From Macrostomum lignano (lineage: Eukaryota): 64,000 nucleotides of DNA. The stretch spans positions 1-64,000 of the forward strand of contig NIVC01002610.1 of assembly GCA_002269645.1 (NCBI GenBank), in the 5' to 3' direction. Of this stretch, positions 38,801 to 46,656 are shown one piece after another. Under the pieces are notes generated by a model. The model was not told where the DNA came from. It saw nothing but the letters and a program-made list of their open reading frames with translations, and did no database searches. Every line of letters starts with the position of its first letter. Positions within the stretch are counted from its first letter, which is position 1. A program made the translations under genes and the position numbers.

Positions 38801-39272
38801 TGAGGCTTAAAGTTACTTCTTCTGCTCTTTGCTCTTCTTTTCGCGAGTATCCGATAGTTCCTTCCATGCTAATCTCTGCGGTTCCATCCACTTCGATTGT
38901 AACACTGCTGTCAAACTGCTTTTTAAAACGACTGTCCTGCAGGGGCAGGAGGGAGCCTGATACTTTAAGATTGCATGCTTCACGACTTCTTGACTCGCAT
39001 ATCAGCTTCGAACACTGTACAATCGCCCCTACATCTATGAAAACTGAGGGAGCAACTAGTGTAAGTGTGCTCCCCTGTAGTTTATTAGAAGTGATGTGGA
39101 TCTCTCCTTCCGACTCGATTGTTAACCGGTTGAACTTCTGGCTTCGGTCAGCAACTGAGACCCTGGATGCAGCAATCCTGATGCATTCGTTCATTTTCAT
39201 ACTCATTATTAATACAAACAGTTCTTTCGATTGTTTGTCAACTTTGACCTGGCAGCTCCAGCTCTCAGGGCT
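29856..39272 (-). CDS. Giant (~3100 aa) uninterrupted ORF, predicted beta-helix/solenoid, filamentous-haemagglutinin-like; 5' exon not located
   Basis: 9.4-kb open frame with degenerate beta-strand repeats (e.g. NLQIRANEFANFGSVVCYKDTLIVATDIDNSAGSIVS; ITITDSSVTDLEVRSSNMTKI). The likely true start is after the acceptor TTCTTTCAG at 39275-73, because the ORF-track TTG start lies in AT-rich intron-like sequence. The coding status is confident; the fold is inferred. Confidence 0.7.
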   Translation of the reverse strand, partial: SPESWSCQVKVDKQSKELFVLIMSMKMNECIRIAASRVSVADRSQKFNRLTIESEGEIHITSNKLQGSTLTLVAPSVFIDVGAIVQCSKLICESRSREACNLKVSGSLLPLQDSRFKKQFDSSVTIEVDGTAEISMEGTIGYSRKEEQRAEEVTLSLTGSITNVGLVFAKTKLKVFAQNVRSPESVQEAAARVAKYHRESMTNQELELTLDGEGRRLDEQLLIRCTSHSRELNQLLCSGADPSYRNNRGRRSSATLRQSVNDLSSDANRVKQERARLDANRARLEWAENSKGIFKSESIFCVVKQNFDNLGQLIGAKVHLKIKGDAYVERLSVWKSGSISGYCRENFEVFGRVIVEDFFALEVGNCKVHKKADLWLVNGGTLSVANTLENYQRIHNTFQILSLDVGNFIQDKMAALCSAVESEAEVQITTRRASDQVCGSISGYRVTVKAFDKLTIQANVKAEESVLSVICGPGGHISFRENVLITKGPFIVHSSFNRTGVDVEVDSCIQCMGVVIPAATAEFSSSSRLVCPPESNYEAPNPKSIEIVLHKANTHNGSEWDFAADEVTIFIADQFTHHGRLTLSRTKEECRTTLHIKGRRFTDKGSVIGTKHLSIDLEDDCTLANDFQALDSVVIVTNQWLHILPQIKLQCIRGNLQIRANEFANFGSVVCYKDTLIVATDIDNSAGSIVSTHGTVFIFWLGSHENCYLEGHVNAAAQLVCVATNSKSLHVQANSHDQLLQVKLPPSGASFQCLSGSVIMHSEVSAPDQSYLHLRVAEMIELRRNVECQTMIIQPHKDFRMDLNLTVAKSQQVQVSSLLVSHLNDELYHNDYQLTIKGQRDARLKCQTFLGSEISLQLEIRVEMDLPSQLIAHRLSVADTLSVTSHQSFCDDFLLTCNKDLSLSGLVELVGLKNCLVTAQEFIQSEEAIIEFQSVEKATIQADSVLIRGSVTSCMAGENPAMVIETETLNCCGSIRFGSYTSLNSGKLILNAKTVEISGEITQFEKQKPPLLLVQFENKMQMRPNCEIKVGTLLVNADNGELLAINSAKTFVSELMVVQSVKKFIWESSKLELNQARLLVRKVDRLIFEDTTVECPYGVVLEDSLVGSYDEVSTAEVRICAQELIAKSAFEMRNINAVEIHADKSASLGPGSKITFCKNLRLISKFMDNLASIQDTGSIACEAENALVVGSLKCRSKLSISASKLIYNQGQLSAEDVILNGKVLMHLCKSDDGDDASKFTPAIVQAKNSLKINSCALITIFSKLCSPTISTRSILHFGFAEQICTDIESGSDELKASIKDLEKVLQPESSNQMCDALKIMVLDAAMAFRENHNRCAQVVSAATKMVLQTVTETSGLQRNSSVASLLAGFTASIKEGFSETEEDLSDYWKKLYKCDWTPLKSNGLFERSRWLCLIGPTRIEAQKVMYDCESWRSDGSMAVKDGALIKSVWAQLWSDQPTTWLVCTGDVHIFAEKLLKTRSLTSEEASVTLRSAQIEAYGIWSARNLLMAAEESLGIDEILGETEVWITAKNARVGNLASERLCLLSESASIVNSTSTEILEAIISNELDAKLVFASKTFLIASDSSVSINLESSKLENCTILSDFCQILKCSFTNLNCNVTDELLVRTSHVFEKFLAKTKRHLSISDFCFLSALHCTVEEKISIQQVEAQHLTVSCSDLQIDDLLAAALKIVKAENITITDSSVTDLEVRSSNMTKIAGSSTKTCLGTATCTSNNFEIANVYVTETLVLCSFKAKVSETMLSKLWFICPKEGELSIQQSMSDEFVAFCSDLTSKQNKFTRLAFQGKQLKLFETETEKMHVDAYSGFLLSKSSVFGDLVAWSETAHAFASLLGSMKLRGCSVGATVRMCEVQTDIEISCRMLRMSDSSGKSLKILSRGNTILERLMIDEGCDVASLGHVTVSDCQLDHFKLLADSSVNVERLITNKSTVVIAKGHTTLKQLLVGSLHVDIGNSYLNIHDLNSVGLSWLNSGRLCISDCQSQSDLKLTVSIAARVAQCFSRTLEVTGTTNGIVGVRLLAVKSEEINITDALFASVSTTEIVNSVVFKRISGDVRIKSNCSLHNLTVQSNGILAISDSEIGQVTAVCRRCCITSTFGLQTSLFIHAKETMAAPAVLLNLVSRIDSVELAGKNIALTECVFKNGTIQADAQFTMTGCNIRDTACIQSAEVRVADTDATRIQVSASNICEIKSLRYAEVQIKTKKLELQGCCVQKVEAKVETTAQVTACEFIESLLLKADVTMICGVLVQDRMQVQTRVLDLDGRNSKQESEGFTKELLVMSGPETSTKGTAVNMKNIRTMQLQVNQRPNTVVLSHVTIENTALLTGNDIKLENVETSMLILSAEPTQCKISSGFIDSLKGSVQNMSILTSSLKHTELSCDSFVLAGETDIQQELVLKVNMLEIKTAKVGSAWICPKGSKASATATIEGFSTESTFKIDEFNKISINECCGFKGEVTLKCHTFDAMKLCRFDQNVSIDCERCEMENPEFSACLTLRSRDGFIHGARVSNRCSLFVSKSLSLLDCQLNGAVKSFGKQGLLKLENSKCRSFHLEGSDVEIIGADTSERSWISAASKVNIRKCLISDEVAVSARVIRIDGEISFIKSLRIDCASELHIGSLKVDSSLQVTSSGRIRVNSGITAASFLIRSESELPDFGAAKDCQFDELQIDCPSFDKENLVRFINAKTFECVRNVLKIKTRKPIKLSGNEFRERELALKFDITLAAPSISFRNICVVSWKQICLIAESGGIDLQEYTIQAEQITLDEKTQGMRNNGRYTEHLGFEGSITTKATSPFASISSAYTRHNEAFSLSSPTQMNPKTTQASLAKELEQRFLTPWEMNVLTNVEERISNDPRFSETAVEQPFSSLTEAAKSPTEAPEPFSSLTEAAKSPTEAPEPSSSIDFSSDAATACKFSAKESDQEWWQFDSECRSIKAEIQAKLEAVASQINCDFEVPDYKNTEQQLKLLVDKATTDFNREFEAPQRTLDGHQSWRDFDNSCSVCTRSDPEDPEDFHEARKAMQSCITDCRDILPVSIREKLPDQLPQEPESYINRVQPLICVSQFRVTIGPSRVTEIDGKIELANFCSAGATPRPAFLRPVDRQSEYKAKEFNIRVPDYYSHHYWDLK

Positions 39273-41899
39273 CTGAAAGAATAATTTCAAATTAATATTA
39301 TTTGAGTAGTAAGACAATGAAAATATATTTTAACTTCTGCTGATACGAATTATTAGTGATTGTCACGCACGACGCGCGTGTATAACTACGTGTAGGGGGT
39401 TGTTATGCCTTCCAAGTTTAATTGACTTCAGTCATTACTAGCAATTGTCCCACCTAATTTTATTTGTTATAGTTTTAAGGCCCACTTACACCATCATCAA
39501 ATACATGTATTGTATTGCATAGTCACAAAATTTTAAGTTAAAGTGGTTCGAAATTTCATGTAGTCGAAAAGTCTAGCTAGTCACCTTCGGCTTAAAATTT
39601 AAAAGATCTACTTAACGATGGGAAATTATATCTGAACAAGTCAACGGCTTATGAAATTTACTATCTTCAACTACGTTAAAGTTCGAGCTCAGAAGCGCTC
39701 TTATAACCGTTCTATGATCTATACTTGTTGGACCAGCCAGATATGCTAAACCTCATTCAAACTATATCTTGTCGAGGAACTGAAAAATCTTCTCTCAATC
39801 AGCTAATTAAAACCATGGCGCCTTTTAAAGCTTAGCTAGGGTTCAGAACTTAAAACGGAACTATAAATACAAACAGAGATCAAAATGTCTCAGCGGTCGG
39901 GCTGAGGGTTTAGGCGCTGATGGAATGGGCCCAGGTTAGGGAGCTCGCCTCCCTGTCTCTCCGGCCCAGCACCTTCACCATTTACTCTTGAAATATTTAA
40001 AGTTTCCAGTGGTCAACAAGTGGCAGCTTTATTTTAACTCAAGGCATAACTCTCCTCTCTCCTCTCCTCTTAGCCTAAGCTAGAGTCTTGTGAGCTAAAG
40101 TCAACTCAATTTTTCGGAGACAAAATATCAAAATGAACCACGATCACAAGCCTGGCTGAGAAGCCGTTGAATAGCAGTCAAATTTCAGTCCCCCTCGACT
40201 CCTAGCATGTACGTACGAATACACATGTACCGTACATGTACATCAATCCCCGAGGGAAAGAGAGTGACAGTACACACAAAAAACCCATGCAGCAACATAG
40301 TTCTACCGAGTTGACAAACCCCATTCAATGTAATTCCTTTAATTCTCCCCTGTCATGCCCCTGGGGAATTCCACGTTTCTATTCTGGGCTCCTATGTGTT
40401 CTGGCTATTGCTAATCTTAATAAATGCACTCATTCTCGTGTATTCGTCCTCCTTTTCACGCTGCCTGCCCAGCGCCCACGCAATAGCCGCATCATTACTG
40501 TAATTGCGTGCATATATTATTGTTCCCATTGATCCCCCTACTATTAGCGATCAGTAACGCGTATATTGCTTCCCGATTTTCTCTCACCCACGGAATGATC
40601 GCGCAACACCCTTGTTCTCACCCTGATGGATATCGAGCAAAACCCACTGGCCCTAATCCACCAGGGCGCGAGTGACCTGCGACGTGTCTGTGCCCAGAGA
40701 CCTTTTTTAATTTAAGGGCTTTTTAATTCTTCCGCGGATCCGAAAGAAAGAGGCGGATACTATCCAAACTATATTGAAAGCTAATTTATGTGTTCTTTTC
40801 TTACGAGAGTATGTCTTAAATTCCTATTTTGATCATTTCTCAATTTGCTTCAGTAGTTTGCATTAGATACCGAATTTTTATGGGGGCGCATTTTCTACCG
40901 GATGTCATTTTATTTGGCAAGGTGATCCAGCACCAGAGTTGTCGAAGCTACTGATTAGGGGGCGCCCATGCATATACCAGTACTTTTAATTGCCAGCCAC
41001 AGGAGGCCCTCCTTCCCCACCCGCTAAGTTACTAATGTATGGAATACTCTACTACAAGAATTATTTTTAGTCGGAGGGCTGAATTAGCGCGCACAAGCAG
41101 AAGCGCGCGCAGACACAAGCGCGCTAACACAAGCGCGCAGACACTTTTTACGGCAAGAAAAGTCGTAAATATTGTAGTACTCTGCACCCCCCTTCTCGGC
41201 ACGTTGGTTTTAACTCCTGTATACACTACATCGTAGATGCACACTTACTCTTGAGCAATTAGCTACAGAGCTTTGAGCTCAAAAATATAATCGGATCCTA
41301 CGCCAACGTCGGGGCTGTAGGCGTCTGGTTCAGGTAAAATTCTGTCTCTCGCGTCAGTCACAACAAATATATTGTTGGACGAAATGCAAAGACGAGCAAT
41401 CAAAAGTAAAGTAAAAAATCCGAATAAAGCAAAGTAAAACTACCGGCACAAAGCGCAGTATGAAACCAGATGCTTTGATGAAAATAGATTTCCATTCATT
41501 GGAGGTTAGGAAACAGGAATGGATTCAAGAAAATTGGTTGCCGCTGCAAAGTAGTGGGTTGCCACAACGAAGGCCGAAGGCCGGCGGATGCTCGGATACC
41601 AGCTGAACGGTGTCCCCGACCTTCTCAGAAACATGTGACAACAGCGTCAGAAACTCGATGCGATTGATTAGGCGCAGCCGCAGGTTCTCTTCTGTGTGGA
41701 ACAATCTCTTCGACTGCAGCAGCGGCTTGTGCTTTTGTCGCCGTACTTTTTGCCCTTCCCCGTCCTGTCGCAGTCTAGCAGATGTGTCTTGATCGCTTTC
41801 ACAAGGCTATCCAGGTAGATTTCTTAATTAGTCGTGACAGGCCCTGGTGAAGGACTCAATATCGCAGTTCGTACGCCTGGCCAGTCCGCGCACTGAGAG

Positions 41900-42221
41900 A
41901 CGACTGCTTCCTACACGCTGCAGCCAAAGGGTGCCGATGAATCAGAAACCGCCCTCATACTGGCACTGTTCTCTTCGGCCCGTCTCTTCAGTCGCGATTG
42001 AAGTTGCAGCAATTCCTTTTGTCGAGGCTCCGCTTCGTGGTTGTGTGCGGAGGCATGAATCTGTCCCATCTTGTTGCACAGCAGCGCGGCCGGCACAAGT
42101 CTTCTGTGTACAGCGGTAGCCTCGGACTCCGTTTGCGGTCGCTGTCCTTGCGGTATAGCAATCCTTGATACCAATAGAGGCACGAGCCTCTTCTGTTGCC
42201 CTCGACTGACTTCATTCTCAA
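41900..42221 (-). pseudogene. Frameshifted FLYWCH zinc-finger relic, probably of a MULE transposase
   Basis: Three frames stitched together read LYWYQGLLYRKDSDRK / GYRCTQKTCAGRAAV / SAHNHEAEPRQKELLQLQSRLKRRAEE. This fits the FLYWCH layout (Y..C-x3-C.GRA...HNH) and the LKxRA helix that follows it in MULE transposases. Confidence 0.55.
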
Positions 42222-42357
42222 ACTATTTAGAATAGTGACATTGGATAAGAGTAGCGGGCTTTTATGCGATAAACAGAAATATGCACAAACAGCCTGTACA
42301 CAATCCCTTCTCGTGGTTGTAGGTATTCATAGTACATTTAGGACCACAAAAGATATA

Positions 42358-42633
42358 CGCTGAACAACATGTTAAAGTTTCCACCCCGAAGCCAGTGGTC
42401 AACTGATAAATTATTCATCAGTTGAATAATGAATGAATTAATTAATTAATTTATAATAATATCATTGACAACACACTAATATCAGTCTATTTTTCTTTAT
42501 ATCAGCTTGATTGCGAAATCAGCCCAAACGAGCCCGCGGACGTGGTGTGAACTGCGTCACTTAGGGCTGAGATCTGAGGAAAGTTGACCACTGATTTTGG
42601 GGTGGAAAGGAAACTTTAACATGTTGCTGAGTG
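42358..42633. mobile_element. MITE with ~45-bp imperfect TIRs and TA target duplication (Tc1/mariner-type)
   Basis: CGCTGAACAACATGTTAAAGTTTCCACCCC...AGTGGTCAAC is inverted relative to GTTGACCACTG...GGGGTGGAAAGGAAACTTTAACATGTTGCTGAGTG. TA at 42356-57 and 42634-35. Confidence 0.75.
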
Positions 42634-44352
42634 TACATCACGTGACTGACTAGCGCCCCTCGTATCTAGCCTCATATTTTAGACCCGTAGCATCAAGAAT
42701 ATTCTGTATTCGTTTCAACTGCACTTACCTGAGGGGAGGTGCTGAATCATCAAAATACCCATAAAACATCCACGCCATAATCACCCGAGCTCAAGTTGTA
42801 TTCAGATGCGCGTCTGTGCCAGACACGTGCATTTAAAATGCGCTCCTGCATCAGAGTCCCTGAGTCAAACAGTTAAAATGCGCGCTTGTGCCAGTGCGCG
42901 CTTGTGTCAATTAGAGCAGTTTCAAAATACGCGCTAATGTCATGCGCGCTTAACCATGTGTTCCTTTTAGTAACTAATTTAGTAAAGCAAACTATTGAAA
43001 ACTTACATTTCGTCCATGATTCCTGCTGATGTGCACGGACCATTGTTTGCTGTGTGTAGTAGACTTTATCTTCTGCTCTGTTATAGATGCTTTCCAATAG
43101 TTGGAGAGTAGATAAATGTCATCACGATCCAGATCAGCTAAAAACACATTTCTCAGGTTCTGTCTGTCGCTTATTCCGTGCTTATTTCTTTTGACGGCAA
43201 ACATGAAATGATGCTCCTGCTGTTTCTCGTCCATTTCATGTACCTTTTTTTATTAATAACTGTGCTGTTATAACCATAAAACTAATGAGTTGTTTTATGC
43301 TGCTAGTTGCAATTAAGCTAAACTACCTTCTGAGTATCAGAACGGAAAACGCAGCAGCAAACTTATTTTTCCAAGACCCTCTGCAGGCGTAAATGCTATA
43401 AAAGTTCTGAAGTACCTAAAGGCCTCATTTTTGTTTACGAACTAGCTAATCGAAAAAAGGAACTTCAGTTTTATAAGTGCAGTAATCTGAAAGAGAACTT
43501 CAGCTTTGATGTACGCAGGCTCGCGGTTCTTGTCTTCCTCGCTGTTTCGGAGGCCGCCCTGCAGCCAAGTCACGTGGCTTAGAGGTACATAGCCGGGGTA
43601 AGCAGAAAAATGCACAGGCACGCCAACCCTTAAGAAGCTGACCCAAAGCCATTTCAGTCCAAAAGTTAGATTTGCATATATTTTTCACTAGGAACGAACA
43701 TGCTTTTGTGCGTCGCGTTAGAAGGTACCAACATTTTCCAAGTACATGTACTTAAATACAACTTGATGAAAACATTTAGAAACATGCCTGCCACTTGAGG
43801 CATTTTTCTTCGTTTTTCTTTATCTGCAAACCTTAAAAGCCGAAATAAGTTCTTGTACGAGTGATTGTAAGCCTAAAAGTAAGTTTTTTGTATTTTCTAT
43901 CATTTACGGTTTTACTGGCAATAAAAGCACCAACGATCTAAGCAGTTTATCAACGCCTTCAGCATTCTAGCAGTGTTTTCAAAAGTTTAGCAATAGTTAC
44001 ATTGAAGACAACTACGAGAGCAATACCTTCCAAGTTAATCTATGTTATCTACAGTATTTTAGTAGCTTTAGTTCAAAAGTATAGCATTTTCCAAGCCAAT
44101 TGAGCCTACGAGCGTACTAGCAAGCAATTTAATCCATAGTGGGAAAATCAAGCTATTGAAGACTTGTTTTTCATTGTCTATGGCCCAAAAGAAGGGTCTG
44201 TGGAGCAACCAATTTGAGAATATGGGCGCGCAATTAATTCTTTTCACAGTGCTCGTATATCTTTCACGAATAACTTCACTGAAATAAGGTCTGCAAATAG
44301 ATAACATATCAGAAAACGATTGACAGTAGCACTTTGATTTCAGAGAAACCAA

Positions 44353-44556
44353 TCAAAACAGGCCCGTGATTTCATAGCGACGCCTGATAGAATACACAGC
44401 TTTTCTCTTTACGTCCCGCCATGGCGAAATGTGCTCAGCACTATCACCTCTCTCGATGGCAGCGACAATCAGGTCGTAATTTTCGTTGCTTATCTTGCGA
44501 TAAGGGTTCTCGCCCTGTAGGATTCTGCTCATCCACTGCATCTTTGGCTGTAGCAA
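44353..44556 (-). CDS. Small helix-turn-helix ORF (Tc1/IS630-type DNA-binding motif) inside the YR element
   Basis: RKISNENYDLIVAAIERGDSAEHIS...VKRKAVYSIRRRYEITG resembles the transposase HTH pattern (IS.E.R..IV....G.S...IA....V.R.TVYSI..RY..TG). It may be only a fragment. Confidence 0.45.
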   Translation of the reverse strand: MLQPKMQWMSRILQGENPYRKISNENYDLIVAAIERGDSAEHISPWRDVKRKAVYSIRRRYEITGLF

Positions 44557-45306
44557 AATATACCAATATTGATGGGCTGCAGAGGGCAGAAACGATCTAT
44601 AACGCCGAGGCGCGTAGCGCCGATCGGAGTGTTAGCTCGTTTCGGCCCGATGCGGCCCATCCATATTAGTGTTATGGTTAGCGGGCGTGAAACCGCGTTT
44701 CACGGGCCGCTGAGACTGTCTATGGTAAAATCCCATTTACTCCAATGCATTCAGTTGGTTTCACGGCCCGCCGAAAATGTTGAAGGCAAAGTCAGAAGAA
44801 AGCGGGGTCAAGGGGGCGCTGAGCCCCCTTGTGAGGGTGGGGGCGGAGCCCCCACATTAGCACACCAGCACACAAGACAAAGAAAGAAATAATGAAATCC
44901 AAAAATTGTCTATGGCCAAAACTCCTTATTTTGCGAATTGAAAAAATATTAGCTGATACTGGTAGATTAAGTCTATGGTTTCAGACTTGGATAATCATTA
45001 TTTAATTCTGAAACCATAGACATAATCGCATTATCATATAAACTAGCGTTTTCGGTTGATCATTATGTAACGCCATTAAGCCACGCCATTAAGTAACGCT
45101 GCAGTGTCTTCGTGCCATAGATATTGGCTCGGCAGTGAGCAAGGACAAGGGGGCGCAGCTCCCTTGCGGGGGTGTGGGGGCAGAGCCCCACTAATTGGAC
45201 CATAGACAATTTTTTAGAATACAGTTCTCTAAAAGAAAAGCTCGACCATGAAGTCTGTTAGGAAGTTAAGAACTAGAAGCAAGAAGCGAGAGAAATCGAA
45301 TTAAAA

Positions 45307-46656
45307 ATGCCTCTTATCAACTGGAAAAACCTACCGGTCGACAGTTTAGATGGCGTCTCGTCTACTGAACTAGATTTTCTGAGTGAACTGAGCGCCGTGA
45401 ACCACAGTTCCGATGAAATTCTTGGAGATTTTATCGACTACCTGACTAAAATCGAGACGGCTGATGAGGCCGCTGCGGTTTCTAGTGTCAAGCTTCCAGA
45501 ACTATCTGATTTACCCAGTGCGATGGATGTTGCCGAACTGGAATCACTGCCGAGCACTACACGAGAACACATGTTTCTGTATGGCAAAATGTTCGTGGAG
45601 TTTTTGAAGAAGCATGGTGCTGTGGATGTAAGCGTGATCAGTGACAGTCGCTTGGCCGAATTTTTAAGGTTCTTTTACTTCTGTCTAAAAAAATCTGACG
45701 GCAGTTGCTATTCGCCAGCTACGTTGGTCTGCATTCGTGCTGGAGTGCAGAGGTACTTGACTCTCGTGCTGAAGCGTCGAACAAATATTATTTCCAGTGA
45801 CGAGTTCGCCACTGCCAACCGGATGCTGCGAGTAAAGGTGCGGCATTTTCATGCTGATGGAGGCACTGTCAATCAGCACGAGCCAATAGAAGAAGGTGAT
45901 TTACAGAAAATGCGTGCTTATTTTGACCGTTCTACAGCAGAACGGTTGCAAGATGAAGTACTATTTACGCTGCTGTATGTCCTGGGCGAGAGAGGTCAAG
46001 AACACCTGTCAAGTCTAAAGCAAGTTGGCACGCTCCAAGAAGAAGTCGACGCTGATGGGAATCCATATCTTGCGTTGCCGCCGTTAAAGACAAAAAACCA
46101 GACTAGCGATCCAACAAAATGCAAGGGAAATCAGCGCAAACAGAGTCGGATCTACGGCGCTCAGCGGGAGTTGATCCTGCATTATCGGAGTTTGTTACCG
46201 CAGAATTCGTCCTCGTTCTTTCCGCGCCCTCTGACTAACAATTCGGGAGGACAAATTCGATTCTCTGCTACGCAAGTGCGCGGTGTCAATTGGTTGGCTG
46301 CATTCATGAAGCACGTTAGTAGTGTGTGCAACCTCTCCAAGCAGTACACGAATCACTGCATACGCGTCACGCGTATTGCGGATCTTTTCGACAAAGGAAT
46401 GCCTATGGGGGAGATAATGGCGGTAACGGGACAACGATCGGAGTCCACTGTTCGACGTTATCTCGCACGCAAGCGTGACAGAACCCTCAGGAAGGTTGCT
46501 ACCGCTGTTAGTGACAATTTGGCCCCATCAACCGATGCGACTACGAGTGCAACCACTAGTGCAACAGTCATGCAGCAAGCTCAAGTTGACCTGCGAAGTG
46601 TGCAACAGCCGATGTTTGCCAACTGCCTCTTCGATGGGTGCACGTTCAAATTCTAA
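45307..46656 (+). CDS. Tyrosine recombinase, Crypton/DUF3504 (ZMYM/KCTD1/QRICH1-related) type
   Basis: LAEFLRFFYFCLKKSDGSCYSPATLVCIRAGVQRYL. Catalytic-type motifs GERGQE (R), KTKN (K), TNHCIR (H-x-x-R), VTGQRSESTVRRY (H/W site is Q, then Y). Crypton-like tail FANCLFDGCTF. Confidence 0.9.
   Translation: MPLINWKNLPVDSLDGVSSTELDFLSELSAVNHSSDEILGDFIDYLTKIETADEAAAVSSVKLPELSDLPSAMDVAELESLPSTTREHMFLYGKMFVEFLKKHGAVDVSVISDSRLAEFLRFFYFCLKKSDGSCYSPATLVCIRAGVQRYLTLVLKRRTNIISSDEFATANRMLRVKVRHFHADGGTVNQHEPIEEGDLQKMRAYFDRSTAERLQDEVLFTLLYVLGERGQEHLSSLKQVGTLQEEVDADGNPYLALPPLKTKNQTSDPTKCKGNQRKQSRIYGAQRELILHYRSLLPQNSSSFFPRPLTNNSGGQIRFSATQVRGVNWLAAFMKHVSSVCNLSKQYTNHCIRVTRIADLFDKGMPMGEIMAVTGQRSESTVRRYLARKRDRTLRKVATAVSDNLAPSTDATTSATTSATVMQQAQVDLRSVQQPMFANCLFDGCTFKF

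Noticed and set aside
30508-39276. Many plus-strand ORFs opposite the giant gene (and similar ORFs opposite the USP, SecA-like and B'' genes)
   Set aside because: Antisense shadows of long coding regions with no independent motifs.
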